This document shows positions 55,505 to 64,000 of a stretch of DNA of 64,000 nt, one piece after another (the stretch's first letter is position 1; every line of letters begins with the position of its first letter). The notes under the pieces were generated by a model. It worked only from the letters and a program-made list of their open reading frames with translations, was not told the DNA's origin and searched no databases. Position numbers and translations under genes: made by a program. The DNA is from Limnothrix sp. BL-A-16 (GTDB lineage: Bacteria; Cyanobacteriota; Cyanobacteriia; CACIAM-69d). The stretch lies in the NCBI GenBank assembly GCA_041937175.2, contig CP166615.1, forward strand, positions 2,208,001-2,272,000, written 5' to 3'.

Positions 55505-57028
55505 CTAAAGATCTGAGAACCCCTTCTTTTTCTTGCCGGGCTTTTTCTTCTTCTTGGCCGCGTTGGGATTGTTATAGCCTCGGAAGCCTGGTGCAGGCAT
55601 TTGCCCCATCGGATTACCCAGGCCCATGGGGTTACCGCCACCCATGCCGCCCATGCCACCGCCCATGCCGCCAAAGGGATTCATGCCGCCAAAGGGGTTC
55701 ATGCCGCCCATGCCCGGGAAGCCCATTTGCCCCGATCCCAACTGCTGCATCAGGGTGCGCATTTTTTGGAAGTCGGACACCAAGCTGCTCACGTCCTCTT
55801 CCTTGAGGCCGGAACCGCGAGCAATCCGGCGGCGGCGGCTGGGGGTGCTGGCCAATAGATCCGGGTTGCGGCGCTCTTCCAAGGTCATGGATTTAATGGC
55901 CGATTCGGCTACCTTGAGGCGGGCTTCTCCTTCCTCCAGGTGTTCGGCCTTGATCTTGCCGCCCAAGCCGGGGATCAACTTCACCATGCCCGCGAGCGAT
56001 CCCATGCTCTTCATTAAGCGGGTTTGCTTCAGGAAGTCATCAAAATCGAATTGGGCCGTGAGGATTTTTTCCTGCATCTTGACCGCATCGGACAGGTCAA
56101 CGGCTTCCTGGGCTTTTTCCACCAGGGTCAGCACGTCGCCCATGCCCAAAATGCGGGAGGCCATCCGATCGGGATAAAAGGGTTGCAGGGCTTCGACTTT
56201 TTCGCCCGTGCCGATGAATTTGATCGGTTGGCCAGAAATTTGCCGAATGGAGAGGGCCGCCCCGCCCCGCGCGTCGCCATCCATTTTGGTCAGGATTGCG
56301 CCTGTGATCCCCACCGCGTCGTTGAAGGCCTTGGTCAGGTTGGCGGCTTCCTGACCGATCATGGCATCCACCACCAACAGGATTTCGTGGGGTTGCACGG
56401 TGTCTTTGATTTGCACCAGCTCGCCCATCATCGCCTCGTCAATTTGCAGGCGACCGGCGGTGTCAATCAGCACGGTGTCAAAGCCTTCGGCCTTGGCTTT
56501 TTCAACCCCTTGGCGGGCAATTTCCACGGGGCTGATCTCGGCTCCCAGATCGAAAACGGGGATGTCGATTTGTTTGCCGAGGGTTTTGAGCTGCTCGATC
56601 GCGGCGGGCCGGTACACGTCGGCGGCCACCATCAGGGTCGATCGCTTTTCCTTGCGCAGGTGCAGGGCCAGCTTGGCGGTGGCGGTGGTTTTCCCGGCCC
56701 CTTGCAAGCCGGCCATCAGCACAATTGTGGGGGCCGTTTCCGCTTGGGTGAGGGGTTCGTTGCTTTCACCCATCAAGGCGGCTAGTTCGTCGTAAACCAC
56801 CTTGATGAACTGCTGGCCGGGGTTCACGCCGGAAACCACTTCGGCCCCTTGGGCCCGGGTTTCCACATCGGCAATGAACCGCTTGACCACTTGCAAGTTC
56901 ACGTCGGCTTCTAGCAGTGCCCGCCGCACGTCCTTGAGCGCGTCTTGGATGTTGGCACTGGAAATTTTGTCCTGGCCACGAAGTTTTTTCCAGGCGGATT
57001 CAAAGCGTTCGGCAAGAGCGTCAAACAT
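55505..57028 (-). CDS. ffh: signal recognition particle protein
   Basis: ALLEADVN, GLQGAGKTT, DTAGR, TKMDGDARGG and RMASRILGMGD. Confidence 0.97.
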   Translation of the reverse strand: MFDALAERFESAWKKLRGQDKISSANIQDALKDVRRALLEADVNLQVVKRFIADVETRAQGAEVVSGVNPGQQFIKVVYDELAALMGESNEPLTQAETAPTIVLMAGLQGAGKTTATAKLALHLRKEKRSTLMVAADVYRPAAIEQLKTLGKQIDIPVFDLGAEISPVEIARQGVEKAKAEGFDTVLIDTAGRLQIDEAMMGELVQIKDTVQPHEILLVVDAMIGQEAANLTKAFNDAVGITGAILTKMDGDARGGAALSIRQISGQPIKFIGTGEKVEALQPFYPDRMASRILGMGDVLTLVEKAQEAVDLSDAVKMQEKILTAQFDFDDFLKQTRLMKSMGSLAGMVKLIPGLGGKIKAEHLEEGEARLKVAESAIKSMTLEERRNPDLLASTPSRRRRIARGSGLKEEDVSSLVSDFQKMRTLMQQLGSGQMGFPGMGGMNPFGGMNPFGGMGGGMGGMGGGNPMGLGNPMGQMPAPGFRGYNNPNAAKKKKKPGKKKKGFSDL

Positions 57029-57202
57029 GGGCAGGGCGCGTTCGGGTGAGTCGGGTCGATCGCGCCGGGTCGGGAGATGGGCAAGATCTGCCCCGATCGG
57101 CGCGGAGTTTTTCAGCGAGGGATTTAATGCGTATTGATGATAACGCGGCGGGCGATCGCTCGCGGCCAGCACCACTGATCAAGCGCAACCGAGAGCTACT
57201 GT

Positions 57203-57901
57203 TTAGGAGTGGGGCGAGTGGGGCGGCGGCGGACTGGAGGGCCCTTCGGGGCGATCGAGACGCGCGTCGGGATCCAAATCGGGAATCACCGGATCCGCAA
57301 CCATCGGGTCTACCACCATGGCGGCTGACGCAGGACGATTGGTAATGGGTAGCCGATCCGTTTCGTAATCTAAGGATTCGTCAGGATCGTGATCGCTGGA
57401 ATGATAAGGATTAATGGATGGCGGTTGCTGATTGGCCTGTCGAATCAGCCAATAGCTGGCCGAAAGGGCCACAATGGCCAAACCCAGCCCAATTAGCTCT
57501 AGTCCGTCAATTTTGGATAGATCCAGAATGATGATTTTTCGGGCGACGGCGGTGAGCGAAGTGGCCACCACCAGCTCCACTTGCACCACATGCTTACGTA
57601 AATAGGCGGTGATGTTTTCTAGAATTTCTAGGGCAATGAGGATACTGAGCAGTGAGCCAAAGATTTCTTGTAGGGATGAGTTGAAAAAGCCCAAGGGCGA
57701 TCGGAATAATTGCCCAGAAAGCAACAGGATTAAATCCACAGTTGCCACGATAATCACCATAATCGTGGCGAGGGACAGGGCCCGAGAGATGATCCCTTCA
57801 ATGCCATCGGCCAGTTTCAAAAATTCCCGATCGTGATAGCTGGCCCGAATAATCCAACGTACCAATCGATTGAGAGAAAAAGATTTAGCAGAACGGCGCA
57901 T
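57203..57901 (-). CDS. phosphate-starvation-inducible PsiE family protein
   Basis: LIALEILENITAYL…VELVVATSLTAVARKIIILD. Confidence 0.82.
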   Translation of the reverse strand: MRRSAKSFSLNRLVRWIIRASYHDREFLKLADGIEGIISRALSLATIMVIIVATVDLILLLSGQLFRSPLGFFNSSLQEIFGSLLSILIALEILENITAYLRKHVVQVELVVATSLTAVARKIIILDLSKIDGLELIGLGLAIVALSASYWLIRQANQQPPSINPYHSSDHDPDESLDYETDRLPITNRPASAAMVVDPMVADPVIPDLDPDARLDRPEGPSSPPPPHSPHS

Positions 57902-58137
57902 GGGAAATCTCAAAAAGTCAGGTTGAACGTTAAGTTGAGCTTCCAGCTCAGTAATAGTCTGGCAATGGCTCAGAAGTTGAGTTAAATGCCATGTCCAGCA
58001 ATGGCCTGGCAATCACCCAACAATAGATTTGCAAACTGTTTGATCAACCGTTTGCAGTAGAATGCCAAGCGCGATCGCGCTGTGGAGTTGAACCCTTGGG
58101 CTGCCCATCAGAATCATCATCCCCCGTTCCGAGTCCG

Positions 58138-59232
58138 GTGAGTGAACCTTGGACGGACGAAAAGGATAATCCCCTGGATTCAGTGCGAAATCCAGCGCGA
58201 AATCCAGCGCGAGACCCATCGCTCGATCCGTCGGCAGATCCTGGGATGGATCTCTTGGAGGTGGAAGCGGAGGACGGAGGCGACTTGGCAACCTATGCTT
58301 GCACAGCCGATCGCTCAGAGCGGATCGATCGCTTCCTGGCGGCTCAATGGCCCAATCTGTCTCGATCGCGCTTTCAAAAACTGATTGAAGCGGGCCAGGT
58401 GCAGGTGAATGATGCGCCCTGCGCTAACAAGCATGGGGAGGTGAAGCCGGGCGATCGAATTGTGGTCACGATTCCGCCCGATCGACCCCTGAGCTTGGAA
58501 CCCCAGGCGATCCCGCTGGATATTTTGTATGAAGACTCGCAGGTGATTGTGATTAACAAACCGGCGGGCATGGTGGTGCATCCGGCTCCGGGGCATCCGG
58601 ACGGCACGATGGTGAATGCACTGCTGGCTCACTGCAAAACCCTGCCGGGGATGGAAATGCCGTCGATCAATGGCGTGCAGCGGCCGGGGGTGGTACATCG
58701 GCTCGATCGGGACACCACCGGCGCAATTATGTTTGCCAAAACCGACTTGGCGAACCAACACCTGCAAGCCCAGTTGCGCTACAAGGTGGCCCAACGCACC
58801 TATTTGGGGATTGTCTATGGTGCGCCTCGGGACGATCGAGGCGTGGTGGATCTGCCGATCAGGCGGCATCCGGTCGATCGCAAAAAACAGGCGATCGTCC
58901 CCGTTGAAAAAGGCGGCCGCAAGGCAATCACCCACTGGTTCATCGAAGAGCGCTTGGGTAACTACACCCTAATTCGCTTTGAGCTGCAAACGGGCCGTAC
59001 TCACCAAATCCGTGTCCACAGTGCCGAACTGGGCCACCCGATCGTTGGGGATCCGGTCTATGGCTCGGGCCGCAGCATTGGGGTTAATTTACCGGGGCAG
59101 GCGCTCCATGCTTGGAAACTCCGGTTTCAGCATCCCTTGAACTACGAATGGATCGATACGGAAGCACCCTTACCGGAACATTTCCAAACCCTGCTGGAGG
59201 TGCTGCGTCGCCGATCGGGGCCGGCGCTCTAG
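58138..59232 (+). CDS. rluD: RluA/RluD family pseudouridine synthase with S4 domain
   Basis: RIDRFLA (S4), NKPAGMVVHP, HRLDRDTTG and TGRTHQIRVH; start uncertain (58096, 58138 or 58246). Confidence 0.9.
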   Translation: MSEPWTDEKDNPLDSVRNPARNPARDPSLDPSADPGMDLLEVEAEDGGDLATYACTADRSERIDRFLAAQWPNLSRSRFQKLIEAGQVQVNDAPCANKHGEVKPGDRIVVTIPPDRPLSLEPQAIPLDILYEDSQVIVINKPAGMVVHPAPGHPDGTMVNALLAHCKTLPGMEMPSINGVQRPGVVHRLDRDTTGAIMFAKTDLANQHLQAQLRYKVAQRTYLGIVYGAPRDDRGVVDLPIRRHPVDRKKQAIVPVEKGGRKAITHWFIEERLGNYTLIRFELQTGRTHQIRVHSAELGHPIVGDPVYGSGRSIGVNLPGQALHAWKLRFQHPLNYEWIDTEAPLPEHFQTLLEVLRRRSGPAL

Positions 59233-59256
59233 ATTCCTATCAGGATCATTCCCCAC

Positions 59257-59297
59257 AAAACAGCAGGGACACGACTCGATCGCGCCCCTGCTGTTTT
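59257..59297. terminator. bidirectional terminator between rluD and ndhE
   Basis: aaaacagcaggg…ccctgctgtttt. Confidence 0.7.
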
Positions 59298-59371
59298 ATC
59301 AATTTCCAAGTACCTGAAAACCCTTGAAAATACTTGCAAATACTTGAAAAGAATGGTCAATCCAACTGAAT

Positions 59372-59677
59372 TTACCACTTCAAAAGGTTGAATTGTTCCA
59401 TGTCGATCGTGTCGCGGTTGCGGTAAATCGACAGGACGATCGCCAAACCCACAGCCGCTTCGGCCGCCGCGATCGTAATCACAAATACCGCAAATACCTG
59501 ACCCTTGATCCCTTGCGGATCCAGATAGTTAGAAAAGGCCATCAGGTTCAAATTCACGGCGTTGAGCATCAGCTCGATCGACATCAACACCCGAATTGCA
59601 TTCCGGCTGGTGACCAAACCAAAAATACCGGTGCAAAATAGTGCCGCCGCTAATAGCAAAAAATATTCCAGTTGCAT
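59372..59677 (-). CDS. ndhE: NDH-1 subunit E (NuoK/4L)
   Basis: [16 protein letters not shown] and [12 protein letters not shown]. Confidence 0.97.
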   Translation of the reverse strand: MQLEYFLLLAAALFCTGIFGLVTSRNAIRVLMSIELMLNAVNLNLMAFSNYLDPQGIKGQVFAVFVITIAAAEAAVGLAIVLSIYRNRDTIDMEQFNLLKW

Positions 59678-59727
59678 TGCTCGCTCCTGCTGAAAACTAC
59701 CTTGAAGTGCTGGGGCAAGGGGCTTAA

Positions 59728-59872
59728 GCCCCTTGTCTGGTTTGGGTGGGCAACTAACGCGATCGATTAGCGATCAGTTGGCAGCCCCTTGTCTGATTTG
59801 GGTGGGCAACTAGCAATCGATTAGCGATCAGTTGGCAGCCCCTTGCCTAGTTTGAGTGGGCAACTAGCGATC
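59728..59872. repeat. about 3 tandem copies (period 54-56 bp) at the ndhG 3' end
   Basis: gccccttgyct…tgggcaacta…tagcgatc units start at 59728, 59784 and 59838. Confidence 0.85.
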
Positions 59873-60463
59873 GGTGGCGGCCAATTCTTTCGGCCGCTCC
59901 GGCAACGCCAATTCCGTTTCCGTCGGTTGGCCCGTGGTTGGGTCATCCACCAGCAAATCGCGACGCGCCAGGACGATCGCCCCAATCATCGCCATCAACA
60001 GCAACACCGAAGCCACCTCAAAGGGCAACAGATAATCGCTAAAGAAATGCTGGGCCAAGGTAACGATCGAGGATTCCACCGTTTGGAAATCCGTGGCCAA
60101 CTGCCAAGGACTGGTCAGCACCACCGCCGCCAACAGGGCAAACAACCCCGCACAAACCAGCGCCGTCACCACTTGCCGCAGCAGGGCCCCAGCCGCTGGT
60201 ACGTAGTCTTCGCGCTTGTTCACGAGCATCACCCCAAACAGGATCAACACGTTCACCGCGCCCACGTAGACCAAAATTTGTGCCGCCGCCACGAAATCCG
60301 CGTTCAGCAGCAAATACAGACCGGCCATGCTGATAAAGGTCAATCCCAGCAAAAAGGCCGAGTAGACGATGTTGCCGGCCAGCACCACACCCAGGGCCGA
60401 ACCCAGCATCATCAGGGCCAAAACTGCGAATGACCCCAGTTGTACGCTTTCGCCTAAATTCAC
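59864..60463 (-). CDS. ndhG: NDH-1 subunit G (NuoJ/6)
   Basis: AAQILVYVGAVNVLILF and LPFEVASVLLLMAMIGAIVLA; GTG start. Confidence 0.96.
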   Translation of the reverse strand: MNLGESVQLGSFAVLALMMLGSALGVVLAGNIVYSAFLLGLTFISMAGLYLLLNADFVAAAQILVYVGAVNVLILFGVMLVNKREDYVPAAGALLRQVVTALVCAGLFALLAAVVLTSPWQLATDFQTVESSIVTLAQHFFSDYLLPFEVASVLLLMAMIGAIVLARRDLLVDDPTTGQPTETELALPERPKELAATDR

Positions 60464-60516
60464 CGTTACTTCCGCTCCGTAATTTTCCTACTTCTCAATC
60501 GCGATCGCTGGACTTA

Positions 60517-60726
60517 TCCCTAGGAGTCAGGGAGCAAGGGGCTTAAGCCCCTTGTCTAGCCCTGCTCTGGCAACGCTCTAAGCGTCGGGCTTGTCCTTTT
60601 CCAGGGTGGCCAGAATTTCTTCCCTAGGAGTCAGGGAGCAAGGGGCTTAAGCCCCTTGTCTGGCCCTGCCCTGGCAACGTTCTAAGCGTCGGGCTTGTCC
60701 TTTTCCAAGGTGGCCAGGATTTCTTC
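60517..60726. repeat. 104-bp tandem duplication containing the ndhI 3' end and a palindrome
   Basis: 60517-60620 is nearly identical to 60621-60724. Confidence 0.92.
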
Positions 60727-61281
60727 CGGGCGACTGCCGGCCCGCTGGGATCCGGCGGGCAAATCGTGGGGATCAATCACCCCAGAAGGCAAGTAGGCAA
60801 ACTCCCGCAGCGGCGTAACCATCGGATCGTTCGTCACCTTGTAAGGCAAGCGACCCAGGGCCACGCTGTCGAAGTTTAAGTCGTGGCGATCGAAACTCGC
60901 CAGTTCGTATTCTTCCGTCATCGACAGGCAGTTGGTGGGGCAATATTCCACGCAGTTACCGCAGAAAATGCAAACGCCGAAATCAATGCTGTAGCTCTTC
61001 AGTTCCTTCTTCTTGGTGGCTTTATTGAATTCGTAGTCCACCACGGGCAGGTTAATTGGGCAAACCCGCACGCAAACTTCGCAGGCAATGCACTTGTCAA
61101 ATTCGTAGTGAATTCGGCCCCGGTAACGCTCCGAAGGAACGAGCTTTTCGTAGGGATATTGCACCGTCACGGGGCGGCGCTGCATGTGGTCGAACGTCAC
61201 CGACAGGCCTTGGCCGATATATTTGGCCGCTTGGACTGCCTCGCCAGCATAGTCGCTGACTTTCTTGAGGAAGTTCAGCAT
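60682..61281 (-). CDS. ndhI: NDH-1 subunit I
   Basis: [12 protein letters not shown] and [12 protein letters not shown] 4Fe-4S motifs. Confidence 0.97.
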   Translation of the reverse strand: MLNFLKKVSDYAGEAVQAAKYIGQGLSVTFDHMQRRPVTVQYPYEKLVPSERYRGRIHYEFDKCIACEVCVRVCPINLPVVDYEFNKATKKKELKSYSIDFGVCIFCGNCVEYCPTNCLSMTEEYELASFDRHDLNFDSVALGRLPYKVTNDPMVTPLREFAYLPSGVIDPHDLPAGSQRAGSRPEEILATLEKDKPDA

Positions 61282-61503
61282 GGTGTTTGCCTCTCTATTA
61301 ACAAGATTGCGGGTAACAAACGTTGGTTCGCGTTCAGTCAGTCCAACCTTGGGGCGGGCGGCGGGCCCGCCGGATCATTTCGCTGTTGTGCGTTTTGCTG
61401 TTGTGCGGTGCTTCCCGATCGCCCCCATCCGAACCCTTCGGGGATTTCTGAACGGTTCGGGTGCAAGGGGCGAAAAATCACTGATTTGGGGCTTTGGCCC
61501 AGG

Positions 61504-62622
61504 TTAGCCGCCGAAGAAGGCCGGGAAGCTAAGTTTCAGGGCCGCCGTCAGCAACAAATTGGCCAGTGCGACCGGTAGCAGGAACTTCCAGCCCAGGTTC
61601 AGCAGTTGGTCAATCCGCACCCGGGGAACCGTCCAGCGCAGCAACACCGCCAAGAACACCAGCAAATAGGTCTTGAACAGCACCATCACAATGCCAAGGG
61701 CGGCGGCGATGATTTGCACCCAAGCGGCGCTCAGATCCAAGCCCAAGGCTCCGGCTAACCAGTCGATCGAAACGGGCGATTCCCAGCCCCCCAGATACAA
61801 CACTGCCACCAGCAGCGCCGACAGGGTGAGGTTCACGTAAGACCCCAAATAGAACAGGGCAAACCGCATCCCCGCATATTCGGTTTGGTAGCCTGCCACC
61901 AGTTCTTCTTCCGCTTCCGGCAAGTCGAAGGGCAAGCGTTCGCATTCCGCCAGGGCCGCAATCCAAAAGATGAGGAAGCCCAGGGGTTGCCGCCAGACGT
62001 TCCAACCCAGGATGCCGTAGCCCGATTGCTGATCCACGATGTCCACGGTGCTTAGGGAGTTGGACATCATGACGATCGCCAACACGGCCAAGGCCAGGGG
62101 AATTTCGTAGCTAATCGATTGAGCAGCGGCCCGCAAGCCCCCCAGCAGGGAGTACTTGTTGTTGGATGAATAGCCCGACATCAGCAGCCCGATCGGGGCA
62201 ATGCTGGAGAGGGCAATCCACAGGAACACCCCCAACCCCAGGTTGGTGATGTTCACGTTTTGGCCAAAGGGCACAACGATGTAAGACAAAAAGACGGGAA
62301 CCACCACCAGCGCCGGCCCGATCGTGAACAACCAAGGATCCGCCTTGGCCGGCACGATGTCTTCTTTAAATAGCAATTTCAGGCCATCGGCAGCCGGTTG
62401 CAACACGCCGAGGGGCCCCGCATATTCGGGACCAATCCGCTGTTGGGCAGCGGCGGAAATTTTCCGTTCAAGCCACACGACGACGAGCACGCCGACGGTG
62501 GCGGTAATCAGCATCAGGAGCAGCGGCAGCGGAATCCACACGGCGCGGGCGAAATCGCCAGGCAGTCCGAAGTCGGCGAGCGCTTGCACGAAGCTGCTTT
62601 GGAGGTCGATTCCTTGGTTCAT
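61504..62622 (-). CDS. ndhA: NDH-1 subunit A (NuoH/1)
   Basis: [39 protein letters not shown] and PRVRIDQL. Confidence 0.97.
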   Translation of the reverse strand: MNQGIDLQSSFVQALADFGLPGDFARAVWIPLPLLLMLITATVGVLVVVWLERKISAAAQQRIGPEYAGPLGVLQPAADGLKLLFKEDIVPAKADPWLFTIGPALVVVPVFLSYIVVPFGQNVNITNLGLGVFLWIALSSIAPIGLLMSGYSSNNKYSLLGGLRAAAQSISYEIPLALAVLAIVMMSNSLSTVDIVDQQSGYGILGWNVWRQPLGFLIFWIAALAECERLPFDLPEAEEELVAGYQTEYAGMRFALFYLGSYVNLTLSALLVAVLYLGGWESPVSIDWLAGALGLDLSAAWVQIIAAALGIVMVLFKTYLLVFLAVLLRWTVPRVRIDQLLNLGWKFLLPVALANLLLTAALKLSFPAFFGG

Positions 62623-62955
62623 AGCTTCAGCGCGATGAGCGGGTCTGGAGGAAAGCTGGGCCGCGCGATCGCGGCAAGCCAGTGGGGGAAATTGAGCCAA
62701 AATTTCAAAGAAAAATTGCTCAAAATCACCCGAAATACGCTAGTGATAAAGGCTAGGCATAGATGTTCAGCGGGCTTTCCGTGCCTAGTATATCGTTGTA
62801 CGAGAGCGGGCCCCGTCTTCGATCGGCTGGGGCTGATTGGTTCTGCTGATACGCCCGATTGGCCTAGCATGGGTCTCAGAGTGATCGCCCTGTCCGTCGC
62901 CGCCCGGCGCTCTCCACCGGGCCAATGGGGCCAAGTGTGTCTTGTAGGTTTCCAG

Positions 62956-64000
62956 ATGACTGATTCGTTTAAGCGCAACCCCGCCCAGCCCTTTCAAGTG
63001 GCCAAGCCGGCCCTGGCCCCAGAGGAGGTCGATCGGCTCCTGTTGCAATTGCGGCGCAAGGAGGGTTCCTGGGTGGATTGGGGGCAAGCCTGCCAACAGC
63101 TTCAACAAAGCGGCTTGGGGCCTCAAAAAATCTTTGAAGAAACCGGCTTTGAGCCAATTCAACAAAATCAAGTGATTGTGGGGTCTCAGGTTTACCAAAC
63201 CCTGCTGAAACTGGACGCGCCTGAGCCGGTGCAAGAGCACTTTGGGCGCAAGGGCAGCGATATTTTGTACGAAATGCGGGTTTTGTCCGAGGACGATCGC
63301 CTTTCGACGGCGGCCCTGGTGGTGGAACGGGGGTTGGATTTTGATGAGGCCCGCGAGGTGGTGAAAGCCTTCAAGGAATTGACCTACCTGAAACAGCAGC
63401 CGGAAGGGTTTGCGGAATTGCCGGGGGATGCGCTGGCCTGGCAATGTTGGCGATCGGCCCGACAGCAAACGGATCTGCAAAGTCGATCGCGCCTGATTGC
63501 TAAGGGGTTGCGGTTTGCCCAAACGCCGGAAGCTCGGGCCCAACTGGAAAAGCTGCTGCTGGACTTTACGGTGGTGGCTCCCAAGAGCGCTCCTCGAATG
63601 CCGGTTTATCGGATCGATTCCGACGAGGAAGAGCCGCGTCTGCTGGCGGTGGCGGGTCAGTTGCCGATGCCCGTGGCGGCCTTGCGAGCTGTGCCCCTGA
63701 TTGAGTCGGAAGGGCCCTTTGGCATGGTGCGGTTTTCGGGCGAGGGGGCTTGGGTGGCGCTGCCCAATTGGCAAGTATTGCGCAATGCCGAAGACCCGAT
63801 CGCCCTGTTGGCCTTGCCGGAACAGTTGCCGGCCGCCCTGCCGGACGATCGCCCGGAATCGGTAATGCTGGTGATCGATCGAGCCGATCGTGCTTGGCGA
63901 GATGATGCCTTTTTTGCGGTGGCCGATGGTGACGAAAACTTGGCCTTTGAATGGTTTGACTCAGAACCCGAGCGATCGCTGCTGGGTAAGCTGATTCTCG
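62956..64000 (+). CDS. raf1: RuBisCO accumulation factor 1 (3' partial; absent from ORF track)
   Basis: Manual translation MTDSFKRN…LRRKEGSWVDWGQAC…IFEETGFEPIQQNQVIVGSQVY…GSDILYEMR; the frame runs off the window end. Confidence 0.9.
   Translation, partial: MTDSFKRNPAQPFQVAKPALAPEEVDRLLLQLRRKEGSWVDWGQACQQLQQSGLGPQKIFEETGFEPIQQNQVIVGSQVYQTLLKLDAPEPVQEHFGRKGSDILYEMRVLSEDDRLSTAALVVERGLDFDEAREVVKAFKELTYLKQQPEGFAELPGDALAWQCWRSARQQTDLQSRSRLIAKGLRFAQTPEARAQLEKLLLDFTVVAPKSAPRMPVYRIDSDEEEPRLLAVAGQLPMPVAALRAVPLIESEGPFGMVRFSGEGAWVALPNWQVLRNAEDPIALLALPEQLPAALPDDRPESVMLVIDRADRAWRDDAFFAVADGDENLAFEWFDSEPERSLLGKLIL

Noticed and set aside
55590..55730. Gly/Met-rich repeats at the end of ffh
   Set aside because: Low-complexity Met-rich tails are a normal feature of the Ffh C-terminus.
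59728..59872. possible mini-CRISPR array
   Set aside because: The units are whole tandem duplications with near-identical 'spacers', and there are no cas genes.
62785..63774. 329-aa minus-strand ORF
   Set aside because: It is the antisense shadow of raf1 and has no recognisable motifs.

Overview
This is a 64 kb stretch of ordinary cyanobacterial chromosome. The evidence is the very frequent HIP1 octamer GCGATCGC and photosynthesis-linked genes (ndhA/I/G/E, bciB, raf1, a PSII S4-domain gene). About 45 protein genes can be read. They include deoC-recO-MFS-GT4, dxr, sppA, aspA, sdhA, ffh, rluD, an FHA-PBP1A, an SNF2 helicase, two orphan histidine kinases (one fused to an APC permease), an orphan PatA-type regulator and a catalytically substituted orthocaspase. 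tRNA-Ser(CGA) and tRNA-Thr(CGT) are also present. I see no CRISPR array, prophage, transposase or recognisable defence island. The unusual content is non-coding. (1) A 20-bp palindrome, CAAGGGGCTTAAGCCCCTTG, occurs about 13 times. It sits at the centre of two MITE families with different termini, occurs alone, is inverted between two otherwise colinear MITE copies, and accompanies tandem duplications of the ndhI and ndhG 3' ends. (2) A ~330-nt, heavily base-paired plus-strand segment after the SNF2 gene looks like an unannotated structured RNA. (3) Two small membrane-peptide ORFs are missing from the ORF track. All functional calls come from motif recognition by eye, not database searches.
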